Shown here piece by piece: positions 13,445 to 27,030 of a DNA stretch of 64,000 bases; the first letter of the stretch is position 1; each line of letters starts with the position of its first letter. The notes beneath the pieces were generated by a model, which was not told where the DNA came from, made no database searches, and was given only the letters and a program-made list of their open reading frames with translations. The translations under genes were made by a program, and so were the position numbers. Source of the stretch: Macrostomum lignano (taxonomy: Eukaryota); contig NIVC01001147.1 in assembly GCA_002269645.1 (NCBI GenBank), positions 138,129-202,128 of the forward strand, in the 5' to 3' direction.

Positions 13445-13894
13445 TCATTTTTTGCCCATCGGAGCAGCCGACTTCGCCATGGCCGCCTTGGTGGTCGAGG
13501 CGAACCGGCGCACGCCGGAGCTTGGAGCCGCTGTGCCGCCACGGCCGCCGCCGCCGCCGCCACCCCGCTTTTTCTCCCCTGCACCGCCGGCGCCTCCAGC
13601 CGGCGCCGCTGCGGAGGAAGCCGGCTTTCCGCGAAACACGCGCTCCCGATCGAAGCCGCACTCGACGTTTGAGATCGATTGTTGCTGTTGCTGCTGTTGC
13701 TCGAATCCCGATGGCAAATCGGCTACTCCTAAAAGCAAATTGCTGTCATCCCAATCGACCTCGCTGTCCAGTTGGAGTCTCAGCGGCGCCAGCAGACTGA
13801 GCCATTCGCGAGCGCCTGGCGTCGGGCCGATGTCGGTCAGGCAGAGCTGCCATTGGAGGAGGCCGCGGTGCGCCAGGGCCAGCGTGTAATAATC
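13445..13894 (-). CDS. TPGS2: Tubulin polyglutamylase complex subunit 2, exon 2 (terminal)
   Basis: Acceptor cccgCAG at 13897-13895, phase 0. DYYTLALAHRGLLQWQLCLTDIGPTPGAREWL matches TPGS2 YYRLLITHLGLPQWQYAFTSYGISPQAKQW. 450 nt to the stop. Confidence 0.88.
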   Translation of the reverse strand, partial: DYYTLALAHRGLLQWQLCLTDIGPTPGAREWLSLLAPLRLQLDSEVDWDDSNLLLGVADLPSGFEQQQQQQQSISNVECGFDRERVFRGKPASSAAAPAGGAGGAGEKKRGGGGGGGRGGTAAPSSGVRRFASTTKAAMAKSAAPMGKK

Positions 13895-14680
13895 CTGCGG
13901 GATTGGGGCGGTTGCTGAGGAACTGGTCCTGCGGGATTGGGGCGGTTGCTGAGGAACTGGTCCTGCGGGATTGGGGCGGTTGCTGAGGCACTGGTCTTGC
14001 GGGATTGGGGCGGTTGCTGAGGAACTGGTCCTGCGGGATTGGGGCGGTTGCTAAGGCACTGGTCTTGCGGGATTGGGGCGGTTGCTGAGGAACTGGTCCT
14101 GCGGGATTGGGGTGGCTGCTGAGGAACTGGTCCTGCGGGATTGGGGTGGCTGCTGAGGAACTGGTCTTGCGGGATTGGGGCGGTTGCTGAGGAACTGGTC
14201 CTGCGGGATTGGGGCGGTTGCTGAGGAACTGGTCCTGCGGGATTGGGGCGGTTGCTGAGGAACTGGTCTTGCGGGATTGGGGCGGTTGCTGAGGAACTGG
14301 TCCTGCGGGATTGGGGCGGTTGCTAAGGCACTGGTCCTGCGGGATTGGGGCGGTTGCTGAGGAACTGGTCCTGCGGGATTGGGGTGGCTGCTGAGGAACT
14401 GGTCCTGCGGGATTGGGGTGGCTGCTGAGGAACTGGTCTTGCGGGATTGGGGCGGTTGCTGAGGAACTGGTCGTGCGGGATTGGGGCGGTTGCTAAGGCA
14501 CTGGTCTTGCGGGATTGGGGCGGTTGCTGAGGAACTGGTCCTGCGGGATTGGGGCGGTTGCTGAGGAACTGGTCCTGCGGGATTGGGGCGGTTGCTGAGG
14601 AACTGGTCCTGCGGGATTGGGCGGTTGCTGAGGAACCGGTCCTGCGGGATTGGGGTGGCTGCTGAGGAGGAACTGGTCCA
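13895..14680 (-). repeat. 34-bp minisatellite filling the TPGS2 intron; the unit contains the 3' splice site
   Basis: About 23 units of accagttcctcagcaaccgccccaatcccgcagg (coding strand); the last unit supplies the acceptor. Confidence 0.93.
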
Positions 14681-14728
14681 CATGGCAAATTATCAGTAAC
14701 GGTATGAGACAGGCTGTCAAAGTCATAC

Positions 14729-15241
14729 CTGGAAGCAGTTGGCCAGCAGGTGGAATCGCATGGCCCTGTCCAGCAGGTAGACACCCGCCCTGTTGCCAGC
14801 GTGCAGGACCAAGCAGACATGCCCCGGCCAGTCCAACGTCTCCAGTTCAAATATTCGACAGTTGCCACGGGCGGCCGAAGACAGCGACACGCCGGCTGCG
14901 TCAAAATCGGCGTCGACGTCGGCCAGAGACGGTCGCTCCTGGCCGAGATCGCAGTGGCCGCCGACAATGGGCCTGAGATTGTCTAGCGAGTTGACGCGAA
15001 AGTTGCCGATTTTCGACTTGATTTCGCCGCACTTGGCGCTGTAGCTGAAGTGCATTCCGTCGGAGGTGTGGTAGAATGTCTTCAGATCTGGCGGCAGCTG
15101 GCAGCAGTTGCGATTCTCCCAGTCGGCGATGGCGGACTGTGGCGCCGGCAGGCAGGTGTGCAGCTTCCAGTCGCAGATAAACTCCTTGTCGGATAAGTGC
15201 TTTTGCAGATCGAGCAAGCACGGGATGAATGGTGAAGACAT
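14729..15241 (-). CDS. TPGS2: Tubulin polyglutamylase complex subunit 2, exon 1 (SMI1/KNR4-like)
   Basis: ATG at 15241, 513 nt, donor CAG|GTATGA at 14728. AIADWENRNCCQLPPDLKTFYHTSDG, RIFELE...GHVCLV and YLLDRAMRFHLL align to TPGS2 motifs as I recall them. Confidence 0.88.
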
Positions 15242-17768
15242 TGCTAAAGTATAGGTTGGACTTGTTAATCAGCTGGCTATCACTGAAGAATCTGAAATTC
15301 GCATTTTAGTTTATTAATTAAACCAGAAATTTACTGAGTGCGACACCAAATATTGAGTAATAATTACTCTTCTACAAAAAAATTGCAGTTCGTGGAGATT
15401 CATTGTACAGAAATAGATATCTATTATTTATCCTATGCTTAGCTATGACTAGCCTTAACCTTTGTAAAATAACAAATGATGGCAGAGAAAGCATGCTTGC
15501 CTTAGTGCACAAGTAGCTGAATTTCATATTCAAGAAATTTAAATCAAAATAGAAAGCATAACCATTAATCACAAAGTCATTTAATACTTAATAAATGATA
15601 TACTTATTAAAAGTATACTTATTATGAAATACAATTTGAATATTATGAAAGACAAAATATACATTTTGAAATACAAAAAAATTGTATTATATCTACAATA
15701 TTAATAAGTAATGTAATACTTGTTGTTTAGTAAGTAATAAAATACTTATTAAAAGTATATTTTATTATATACTTGCAGGGGAGTAGTCAATATTGGTTAC
15801 TATATTGGTTCTTTGATAATTCAAGTTAGAGAGATGTTTTTGGCTTGTGCATTACTTTTGTGGAAAGGAATGTTTGTAAATGCACTCAACATGCTGTTTT
15901 TATAGCATTGTAATAAAGTTATAATAAAAATTTCTAACGACTTCTGTACAAATTGTTTAAGGTATGAAATTTCTAGACTTCCTTAGTTCCATGTTATATG
16001 TTTCTATATTTTAGCAACAAGTAGCTGAAGTAAAACTACTTGCCCACACAAAACAATTGATTACTTTTGCGTGTTAATCACACAATCAAGGCTACATTTG
16101 GTTAGAATTAGGTATTGAAACTTAATTTCATATTCATACTTTTTACGCCATGCATGTCATTCTATCTAGACTAATTGTATTCGGCTCTAATTCGGGGAAC
16201 CCATTGTACGAGCTATTCAACTAAGAATTGTATGGTAGTTACCTAGGTATTTTTGGGTTGTGTTAATTGTCACCGTTTTTTCGCCTTTGCTGAGCACCTT
16301 GGCTTAAGGTAATTTTTTGCCAGCCTTCATCAATGATCGAACTCACGTCCTCACGACCCGAGGATGACAAAAAAGATATAAAAAATCATTAAGTATGCTT
16401 CCTTGAATGTCCACGATGTCGTCGACAGTGTAAACAAAAGCAAAAAACAACTGAAAAATGTTAATGTCCGAAAAATAGGCCTTTACATACATTTATTTTT
16501 TTACAATTTTCTTTAGACAAAAACTCCTAAAAAGTATCTTATATGTTTTAAATGTATTTACTTTGTTTTTGCGAATCTCTCCCACGTTTAAATTTTGCTA
16601 ATCAGCAAAAATTTAAGGGTTCACACTCATGCAGTGACTGAAGTCACACGTTCTTTCACAAGTCGGCATCATGAATCTGATGACCAAATCATATCGCCAT
16701 GTCTCATTGCCAAATAAGAACTGCTTTAGTTACTGGAAAATACCTTAATTTGCAGAAATGTTTCTCATATCATATCAAGTTTTAACTTTTAAGCACTCAT
16801 TCAGGCCTATTATTAGACTTACAGCCATCAGCTATGCTGTTAAACTTCACTCCCGTATTTTATAATTTAATAAAAATACTAGGCCTACGTAATATTTTAT
16901 TTTGTCTAGGTCTACTATAATGTGATGACTGTTATTCATGCCAAAACATATTCTATTCATGCGTTTATGCTTTAGCCTTAAATGCCACTTTGTCTTTGGT
17001 TTGGGTGTATGTATGTACTGTGTACATATTACTTACAAGCATCAAACATGTAGGCCTATATCAAGAAGCATTTTGATCTGGTCTAATTATCATATTTTTC
17101 TATTATGACAACTAAATACAACACTCACCAATAGATTAAATTTGCATGGCATTTCATTGTTCTAGTGATAAGCTTAGCTTAGTCATTTGCTAGCCTTTGG
17201 TTTTAACCAAGTTATTTAGGCTCTAATAAGATTGTATTAGTTGGTTTTATAAAATGATTAGACCCTATCCTAGTGGATTACTTAATATTAAACAAATTAT
17301 AGTTGTATATTCCCTTAGCTTAGTAGATAGAATAGGCCTAAAAAAGATATTTTTATTACAATAGAAAAGCTAATGTCAAAATTATTTTATTACTATTAAT
17401 TATTAATAGGCTTAGCTTTAGAGTCATTTAAAAGAATAGTTCAATAATGTTTTGCCTAAAGCATAGTAATATTAAAAGATTAAAATCCTTTTTTTCTTTT
17501 ATTAGTAAGTTCCTAAATAGCATGAATGATATCAATTTGAAGTTAGGCTATACTTAACTAAGACCTATAGTATATATCCATGGCTTTGTTGTATTTAATA
17601 TATTGGTCATACCCTTCTTGCAATAGTAGCATTGTATTTTCAGCTTTTTATTACTGAAGTTGAAAAGGTACTAGATAATGGGTTTTGTTAATTATTTAAT
17701 TATTATTTATTAATCTAAATTTCTTCTTAAATTATTAATGCATGTCAAAGTTCTCTACAAATTAAACC

Positions 17769-18032
17769 ATGGCTACTAGTTATATTCCCTGTCTGTTTGT
17801 CTTTGCCATCTTGGCTATTGGAGTTGCACTGGCTGGTTCCTGCGAAAAACCTAGCATAAAGAGTTCTGTGTACACTGCTGCTGATGCACATTTCTCTAAC
17901 CATGGCATTGTGTCTGCCACCTTCAATGTTCAATGTGCCAATAAGGCTGCCTCCTCTTCTATGGACGTCTATGCTGTATTCCGCGGTCGTGCTGTGCAGG
18001 CTGCTCAAGATTTGGACTCTTCACAGTACCAG
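17769..18032 (+). CDS. SSR4: Translocon-associated protein delta, exon 1
   Basis: Signal peptide followed by CEKPSIKSSVYTAADA...QYQV; donor CAG|GTGAGT at 18033, phase 0. Confidence 0.92.
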
Positions 18033-18071
18033 GTGAGTTAAAACTGCTGATCGTGTAGACTGACTGCTGGT

Positions 18072-19310
18072 AGATTCGTGTCAACTGAATGTAGATTCGT
18101 GTAGTGAATGTAGATTCGTGTCAACTGAATGTAGATTCGTGTCAACGGAATGTAGATTCGTGTCAACGGAATGTAGATTCGTGTAAAGTGAATGTAGATT
18201 CGCGTCAACTGAATGTAGATTTGTGTAGTGAATGTAGATTCGTGTCAACGGAATGTAGATTAGTGTAAAGTGAATGCAGATTCGCGTCAACTGAATGTAG
18301 ATTCGTGTCAACTGAATGTAGATTCGCGTCAACTGAATGTAGATTTGTGTAGTGAATGTAGATTCGTGTCAACGGAATGTAGATTAGTGTAAAGTGAATG
18401 CAGATTCGCGTCAACTGAATGTAGATTCGTGTCAACTGAATGTAGATTCGCGTCAACTGAATGTAGATTTGTGTAGTGAATGTAGATTCGTGTCAACGGA
18501 ATGTAGATTAGTGTAAAGTGAATGCAGATTCGCGTCAACTGAATGTAGATTCGTGTCAACTGAATGTAGATTCGTGTAAAGTGAATGTAGATTTGCGTAG
18601 ACTGAATGTAGATTCGTGTAAATTGAATGTAGATTCGTGTCAACTGAATGTAGATTCGTGTCAACTGAATGTAGATTCGTGTAAAGTGAATTTAGATTCA
18701 TGTAAAAGTGAATTTAGATTCATGTAAACTGAATTAAGTTTCGTGTAAAGTGAATTTAGATTCATGTAAACTGAATTAAGATTCATGTAAAAGTGAATTT
18801 AGATTCATGTAAACTGAATTAAGATTCGTGTAAAGTGAATTTAGATTCATGTAAACTGAATTAAGATTCGTGTAAAGTGAATGTAGATTCATGTAAACTG
18901 AATTAAGATTCGTGTAAAGTGAATTTAGATTCATGTAAACTGAAATAAGATTCATGTAAAAGTGAAATTAGATTCATGTAAACTGAATTAAGATTCATGT
19001 AAAAGTGAATTTAGATTCATGTAAACTGAATTAAGATTCGTGTAAAGTGAATTTAGATTCATGTAAACTGAATTAAGATTCGTGTAAAGTGAATTTAGAT
19101 TCATGTAAACTGAATTAAGATTCGTGTAAAGTGAATTTAGATTCATGTAAACTGAATTAAGATTCGTGTAAAGTGAATTTAGATTCATGTAAAGTGAATT
19201 AAGATTCATGTAAACTGAATTAAGATTCGTGTAAAGTGAATTTAGATTCATGTAAACTGAATTAAGATTCGTGTAAAGTGAATTTAGATTCATGTAAACT
19301 GAATGTAGAA
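18072..19310. repeat. 21-bp-based intronic minisatellite with higher-order structure (124-bp period at left, 42-bp dimer at right)
   Basis: Monomer gaatgtagattcgtgtcaact; near-identical ORFs offset by 124 bp (18081, 18205, 18329); from ~18690 a 42-bp dimer. Confidence 0.93.
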
Positions 19311-19345
19311 TATAAATCTGGACCACCCCGGGGCACTCTCCGCAG

Positions 19346-19612
19346 GTGACCTTCTCCGAGCCCGTGAAGACCTACCTACCCGCCGGCGGCTACGCCATCG
19401 ACCTGTACGATGAGGACGGCTACGCCCAGTACAGGAAGGCGCAGCGCGGCGAGGCTGGCAAGTCCTCCGTGCCCGAGCCGATGGCCCGGATCGAATTCGA
19501 ATATCCGCGAGTCCGGCACAGCCTGTGGGTCCACTCCGAGACTGTGGCCGTGCTGCTCCTGCTTGGCGCCTCCTTCTACGCCTATTCGGCTCGCAAATCC
19601 ATCCTTAGCTAA
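19346..19612 (+). CDS. SSR4: Translocon-associated protein delta, exon 2
   Basis: Acceptor ctccgCAG at 19343-19345. YAIDLYDEDGYAQYRKAQR...WVHSETVAV plus C-terminal TM matches TRAP-delta. Total 176 aa. Confidence 0.92.
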   Translation: MTFSEPVKTYLPAGGYAIDLYDEDGYAQYRKAQRGEAGKSSVPEPMARIEFEYPRVRHSLWVHSETVAVLLLLGASFYAYSARKSILS

Positions 19613-20790
19613 ATTAGCCGAGCAATTAGCAAATCTAATAGCAGCAATTAGACTGATTGTTACCTGTTGAAGCCTCCGTTTAAACACTAGGGTTAATTCT
19701 CTTTTCAATTGAATTCGTACAACTAATCTTAATCAAGACTCTGCCAGCTTGTGTGTCCTTAAAATTATCTACTATTAATAATATATCTGGTGTCGGCTCG
19801 ACTGTCATTTTGTTAATATAGTATGAACTGTTGCTTGCTTGTCATTCATATTTATTACATATAATAATTAAATGTGTTGGCACAATTTTGATTCCACTGT
19901 TTTGTTTCAATGTACGGCACTAATTTTTTGACATTGCTATTAAATTGTTGCCGCCCGCCCGCGAATGTGTTGCAGAAATAAATGAAAGCGATAAAGAAAG
20001 TTTTGCGTTTGTTTAGTTGAAAAAGCTGTTCTCGTTGTGTTTCTATTTTGATATGAGTTTTGTACCTACAAAGTTGGTCGTTGTATAACAATAACACTTA
20101 ATAAGATTCAAATTCGAGAATAAAACCAATGAGGACCAGTCTGCAATGAACATAACACTGCAATATATTAATTCGCTTGCAATAGTACAGATTTTTAGTA
20201 ATATAGTAGCGAGCCTAATAATGATAACATTAACTCAACTTTTTATTTCTAATACTCTAATCGTCGAACTCTATGCGCTACATAATAACAGTAACAAATA
20301 ATTACATAGCCACGATCCATGCAGAATGTATCGTAACATATGTGCATGTACATTTAGTTAATTAATAACTGTCTAAAACAAAAAAACTACCGATTTTAAC
20401 TTTCTGCGGAATTTTTCTCCGCGTTTGAGTTAAAAAGATGGGATTTAACACCGGTTCAATAAAAATTGGTCCAATTAGCACAAGCTACTCTCAGAGTTCA
20501 GTAGACAGCTGAACATTTTAGTCTTATTTTACTACAAAGCTTGTTTATTTGTCCTCTCACCCTTGAACCCTACGCTCCGCCCAATTTTTATTGCCTTCCT
20601 CGACAGTTCTAACGCTGCCATGTACATTGTGGGTAGCGCTGGCTGCGTCAATGTACATTACGTCTAGGCTTCTAAACTGATAAAATAATTTCAACTGGCT
20701 CTCTTATAAAATAGCTCATGAATATTCTTGCTTGCTGCTCAACTGTACTCGTAAGGGAACTGCTTCACTAAACAATATATAACTAAATAG

Positions 20791-21198
<408 letters not shown>

Positions 21199-21324
21199 TA
21201 GCGAAATACACTGCGATTGCTTTTCTCCTGTTTCTGTGCTCCCTGTTTGCATGTTTCTTGTTTTCATTTCTTTTACTAATTAGCGGGTTTGAGCACTGAC
21301 TCAAATAAAGCCGACAAATAGAAG

Positions 21325-21523
21325 CCATGCCCATTCTGATACTTGAGCAAGCACTCGCTCACACAGGGTGTACATGTACACAGCGACCCTGCAGACTTTC
21401 TAAGTAATCTTCAGACATTTACAAAGCCCCTGGAAAAGTTTCTTGCACGAGCTGCAACGCACGGAATCGAACCCGGGACTCTCCGGTGCGAGAGTCAGAC
21501 ACGTTAACCGCCGAGCCACCTCT

Positions 21524-21525
<2 letters not shown>
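21325..21525 (-). mobile_element. tRNA-derived SINE in the PDCD6 intron
   Basis: Minus strand has box A tggctcggcgg and box B ggttcgattcc, followed by a body sharing the tgtacaccctgtgtgagcg..gaatgggc domain. Confidence 0.75.
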
Positions 21526-22260
<735 letters not shown>

Positions 22261-22404
22261 TCCTGCTGTGCTGTGATTTTGCGTCAATTTAATTTTAAAA
22301 GAAAATTCCTTTGCAAAAAGACTTTCTCCATTTTGAGACATAATTCGACAATATACGTCAGAAATCCTCACTTGATAATTGCGATAATCGCCATTCAGAA
22401 AATA

Positions 22405-22562
22405 CCCCTCAAAAATCGTCATTCAATAAAACGCCCTTCGAATGTCACTCTTCAAAAATCACGATTCGAAAATCGCCCTTCCAAAATCCCCTTCGAAAAT
22501 CGCCCTTCCAAAATCACCCTTCCAAAATCGCCCTTTCAAAATCGCCCTTCTAAAATCGCCTT
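22405..22562. repeat. Short degenerate repeat (aaaatcgcccttcc) downstream of PDCD6
   Basis: Several tandem degenerate copies. Confidence 0.7.
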
Positions 22563-24011
22563 CATATTGACCCTTGTCAGGCACAGGGAATGCTATTATT
22601 AGCTTGTATTTTTATACTCTTAAGTGTGTCTCGCGTATTGCTACTTAGGTATTTTGTGCAGTAGTATAGTTGGCTTATAATCTCTATAGAAAAAACTTTT
22701 GCCTCGATTTTGACTCGAGACGACTTTTTGCTATTTATTTACCGTCCTAAAAGTAGTTTGTAAAACTTCTCAGTATTTTACTAAAAAATTTATTAATTTC
22801 TCAATTTTGAAGTCGTGCCATTTTGTTATATTGTTAAGCCATTCCATTTAAAATTTGAATTTTTAAGCTTGTACTGCGAGAATCTCAGTTTTGGCTTTTT
22901 TGAATCTCAATCGTTATATTTTATTAACATAAATAAACTGTTATTTGAAAACTTTTATAAACTATTGCTACCAAATGTTGAGGACGTTAATGAATTGTTG
23001 ATTAAGTAAGTCTTTCTCAGAGAAATCCGCAGGGATCTGACACTGGGAGATTGGGGATCTGACACTGGGAGATTGGGGATCTGACACACTGTGAGATTGG
23101 GGATCTGACACTGGGAGCTAATTGGATCTGTGAGGTCAGAGCAACTGATGCAGATGATCTTAGATCCGGTATGAATTGCACACAGCTATTGTCATTAGCT
23201 GATCTCATTCCTATAGGTAGGGGATAATCTGATGACAGGTGGGCGGTCTTTATGTACATGTAGGACCGGAATTCCTGCCGATTGATCACGAAGGGTTCAA
23301 AGAGCCCTACTTCCGCATGCTCATATGCATAAATGATTGTTGGGATGGCAGGAAAAACCGTGCTCAGTCAGCAGTTTAGTCTTAGGCTGCGGACGTTGGC
23401 ATATCCGCAATCCCTTTATCTGACTGCCCTGTCAATCTTGCTTCCCGTTACCATTTGTCTTTCGCCCCTAAGAATGGGAGCCGCTTTCACTGCGCAGACC
23501 TCTTTTAAACCCCGTTCCACCCCTCTCCCCAGATCCTGCGCCGATATCTCCCCGTTAGCGATCTCGCCACGGACACTTTGAACGACAATCCTGGATCATG
23601 GTGTCTGTGGACACAGCCCTTCACCTCTATAAAGCTCATTACTACTAGCTAGTTTCAATAAGTTTCGTTAATTCCCTTTTAGCTGTCACCTATTGGGCTA
23701 ATTGAGATAATGCCGTTATTACTGGTGCCCTGAATGGGTGTGTTTCCAATCCCAAATTCTCAGTCAAGTTGTCCTTGACTCCGGCGTTTTAACCTGTGCC
23801 GGGTCTGCGGAAAATTTCGCTTCCTCAAACGCTGCCAGGGCCTTTTCCCCTTGTCTCCCGCCGCCCCTCCCAGCGGGAGAAGCAGCTTCCCCTTCTTGAA
23901 GGGTGGGGGGGGGGGGGTTGAGCCGCGTCGCCCCTCCCTCGTCAATCTTCCGCGCGCCAATCTTTGCAGCAGCCCCGCAACCCGGAGAGACGGGAGAGAG
24001 AGAGAGAGAGG

Positions 24012-24024
24012 ATGCCAAGGCCAG
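24012..24024 (+). CDS. Possible first micro-exon of the Alx gene (MPRP)
   Basis: ATG followed by CAG|GTGATT; phase 1 matches the acceptor at 24957. Speculative. Confidence 0.25.
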
Positions 24025-24957
24025 GTGATTAACCAATTAGGTGAGCCCGTCACTTCTAATAAAGTCGGACCGTGTATAAACAAATATAGAGTCCCGGTTT
24101 GCGGCGCTAGTACTCTCTCTGTCTTGTTGTTTTCCACATTTGGATTCGGTTTTGTTAATTAGATTTTTCCTACTCCAATTATTATCGGTTCTGTTTAAAC
24201 CCTCCCCCAACCAGGACCCATTGATCTCTTAATCCGAATCAGGTAGCGTGTGCGATAGTCTATAAACACGCCTCGATGGATCAACAGACAGGTAAAACGA
24301 ATTCAAATCGATTCAATTTATTACGGGTCTAAACGTTGAAATAGCAGACACCAGGAAGTTTGGTAATCACGTGTATACCACTGGGAAAACTAATATTTTT
24401 AAAGCACGAACAGAACTCCCAGATTATATACAGGCTGGTTTTGAGTTAATCAAATTTAGCGCCAGCAAAAAAACACAGATCTAAACCGGATTTGTCATCC
24501 GGGTCGAGTTTTCAGTTGCGTTTTGACAACACGCTCTTTGCTAGTGAGATATTCGGATGCAGAGAGAAATTCTGGAATCCCAGCCGATCCCGTCTGTGAG
24601 CCCGCGGCATCCTCGCCAACGGAGTGGAATTTCTTCCTGGTCGCTGGGGTGTGCGCGGGGGGCGGCTGGAAGGAGGCGGGACCCCCCCGGGCTGCCCCCA
24701 GAACCCCCACCCCCTCCTTGGGCCAAGGCAGGCGGTACCCCCAAGGAAATTGGATTAGAGTAATTAAATTATTGAATTATCCCATTATGTAGCCTATTTA
24801 AACTGGGCCCTCCGTTGCCCGCCGCCGCCGCCTTTTAGCCTCCCTCCCCCCCGAGTTCTCTTCCACCTTCGATTCCGCCGCCTGTCTGTCAACTGTCCCG
24901 AACCTGTCTTCAGCTGTTCTCCCCTTCATTTCCCTAACCGATGCCTCCGTCTTCTAG

Positions 24958-25355
24958 CAGCAGCAACAACCGCGGCCGCCGCGGCACAGACGCCGCCGCC
25001 TTCGGGGAAATATTTTCCACTGGACCATCGGCAGCATCAACTGCTGCAGCAACAGCAACAACAACAGCAGCAGCAGCAGCAGCAGCAGATGATTCAGCCA
25101 AGTAGTCTGGTCTCGCTGCAGAATGCCGCATCAACTATTCAGGATTTTGTCAAACCACACAGCATCGCCCAGCAACAAAACCTACAGCAGCAGCAACAGC
25201 AGCAGCAGCAACTCAATCTAGGTGGCTCAGCCGATCAAGACGACATCACCGATGGCCTGTCGCCGAATGACGACGCGGACGATAAAAAAAAGAAACGACG
25301 GAATCGAACCACCTTTACCAGCTTTCAGTTGGAGGAAATGGAGAGGGTGTTCCAG
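24958..25355 (+). CDS. Alx: Alx/Cart1-class PRD homeobox gene, exon with poly-Q and homeodomain helix 1
   Basis: Branch-like ccctaac at 24932 and acceptor cttctAG at 24956-24957; open frame to KKRRNRTTFTSFQLEEMERVFQ; donor CAG|GTAAGG at 25356. Confidence 0.8.
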
Positions 25356-25461
25356 GTAAGGATGGGGTATGAGCTTCTAGTAGATTGTGTCAGCATCTAT
25401 CTATCCAATGTGCTCTATAGATGATTGCAGAGATTCAACATCTATCCAATGTGCTCTATAG

Positions 25462-25959
<498 letters not shown>

Positions 25960-26057
25960 TAAACATTGAGTTCCTGTAGTTGCATTATATTTATACGCTC
26001 GTAGCTATTGCGTTGAATTTTTCAGTTTGCGTTAGATATGCTCTCAAATTGATGGTC

Positions 26058-27030
26058 AATACCCAATACCCAATACCCCAATACCCCAACACCCCAATAT
26101 CCGATACCCAATACCCAATACCCAATACCCCAACACCCCAATATCCGATACCCCAATACCCAATACCCAATACCCCAATACCACAATATCCCAATACCCA
26201 ATACCCGAATACCCAATACCCAATACCCAATACCCCAATACCCAATACCCAATACCCAATACCCCAATACCCAATACCCCAATACCCAATACCCAATACC
26301 CAATACCCAATACCCAATACCCCCATACCCAATACCCCAATACCCAATACCCCCATACCCAATACCCCAATACCCAATACCCCAATACCCAATACCCCCA
26401 TACCCAATACCCCAATACCCAATACCCCCATACCCAATACCCCAATACCCAATACCCCAATACCCAATACCCCAATACCCAATACCCCAATACCCAATAC
26501 CCCAATACCCAATACCTAATACCCGAATACCCAATACCCGAATACCCAATACCCAATACCCAATACCCAATACCCCAATACCCAATACCCCAATACCCAA
26601 TACCCCAATACCCAATACCCCAATACCCAATACCCCAATACCCAATACCCCAATACCCCAATACCCCAATACCCAATACCCAATACCCCAATACCCAATA
26701 CCCAATACCCCAATACCCAATACCCCAATACCCAATACCCCAATACCCAATACCCCAATACCCAATACCCAATACCCAATACCCAATACCCAATACCCAA
26801 TACCCAATACCCAATACCCCAATACCCAATACCCAATACCCCAATACCCAATACCCCAATACCCAATACCCCAATACCCAATACCCAATACCCAATACCC
26901 AATACCCCAATACCCAATACCCAATACCCAATACCCAATACCCCAATACCCAATACCCCAATACCCAATACCCCAATACCTAATACCCCAATACCCAATA
27001 CCCAATACCCAACACCCCATACCCCAATAG
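26058..27030. repeat. (CCAATA/CCCAATA)n 6/7-mer simple repeat
   Basis: About 970 bp of mixed 6- and 7-mers. Confidence 0.95.

Noticed and set aside
13395-13889. Plus-strand GC-rich ORFs (13402..13800, 13452..13889)
   Set aside because: Antisense shadows of TPGS2 exon 2.
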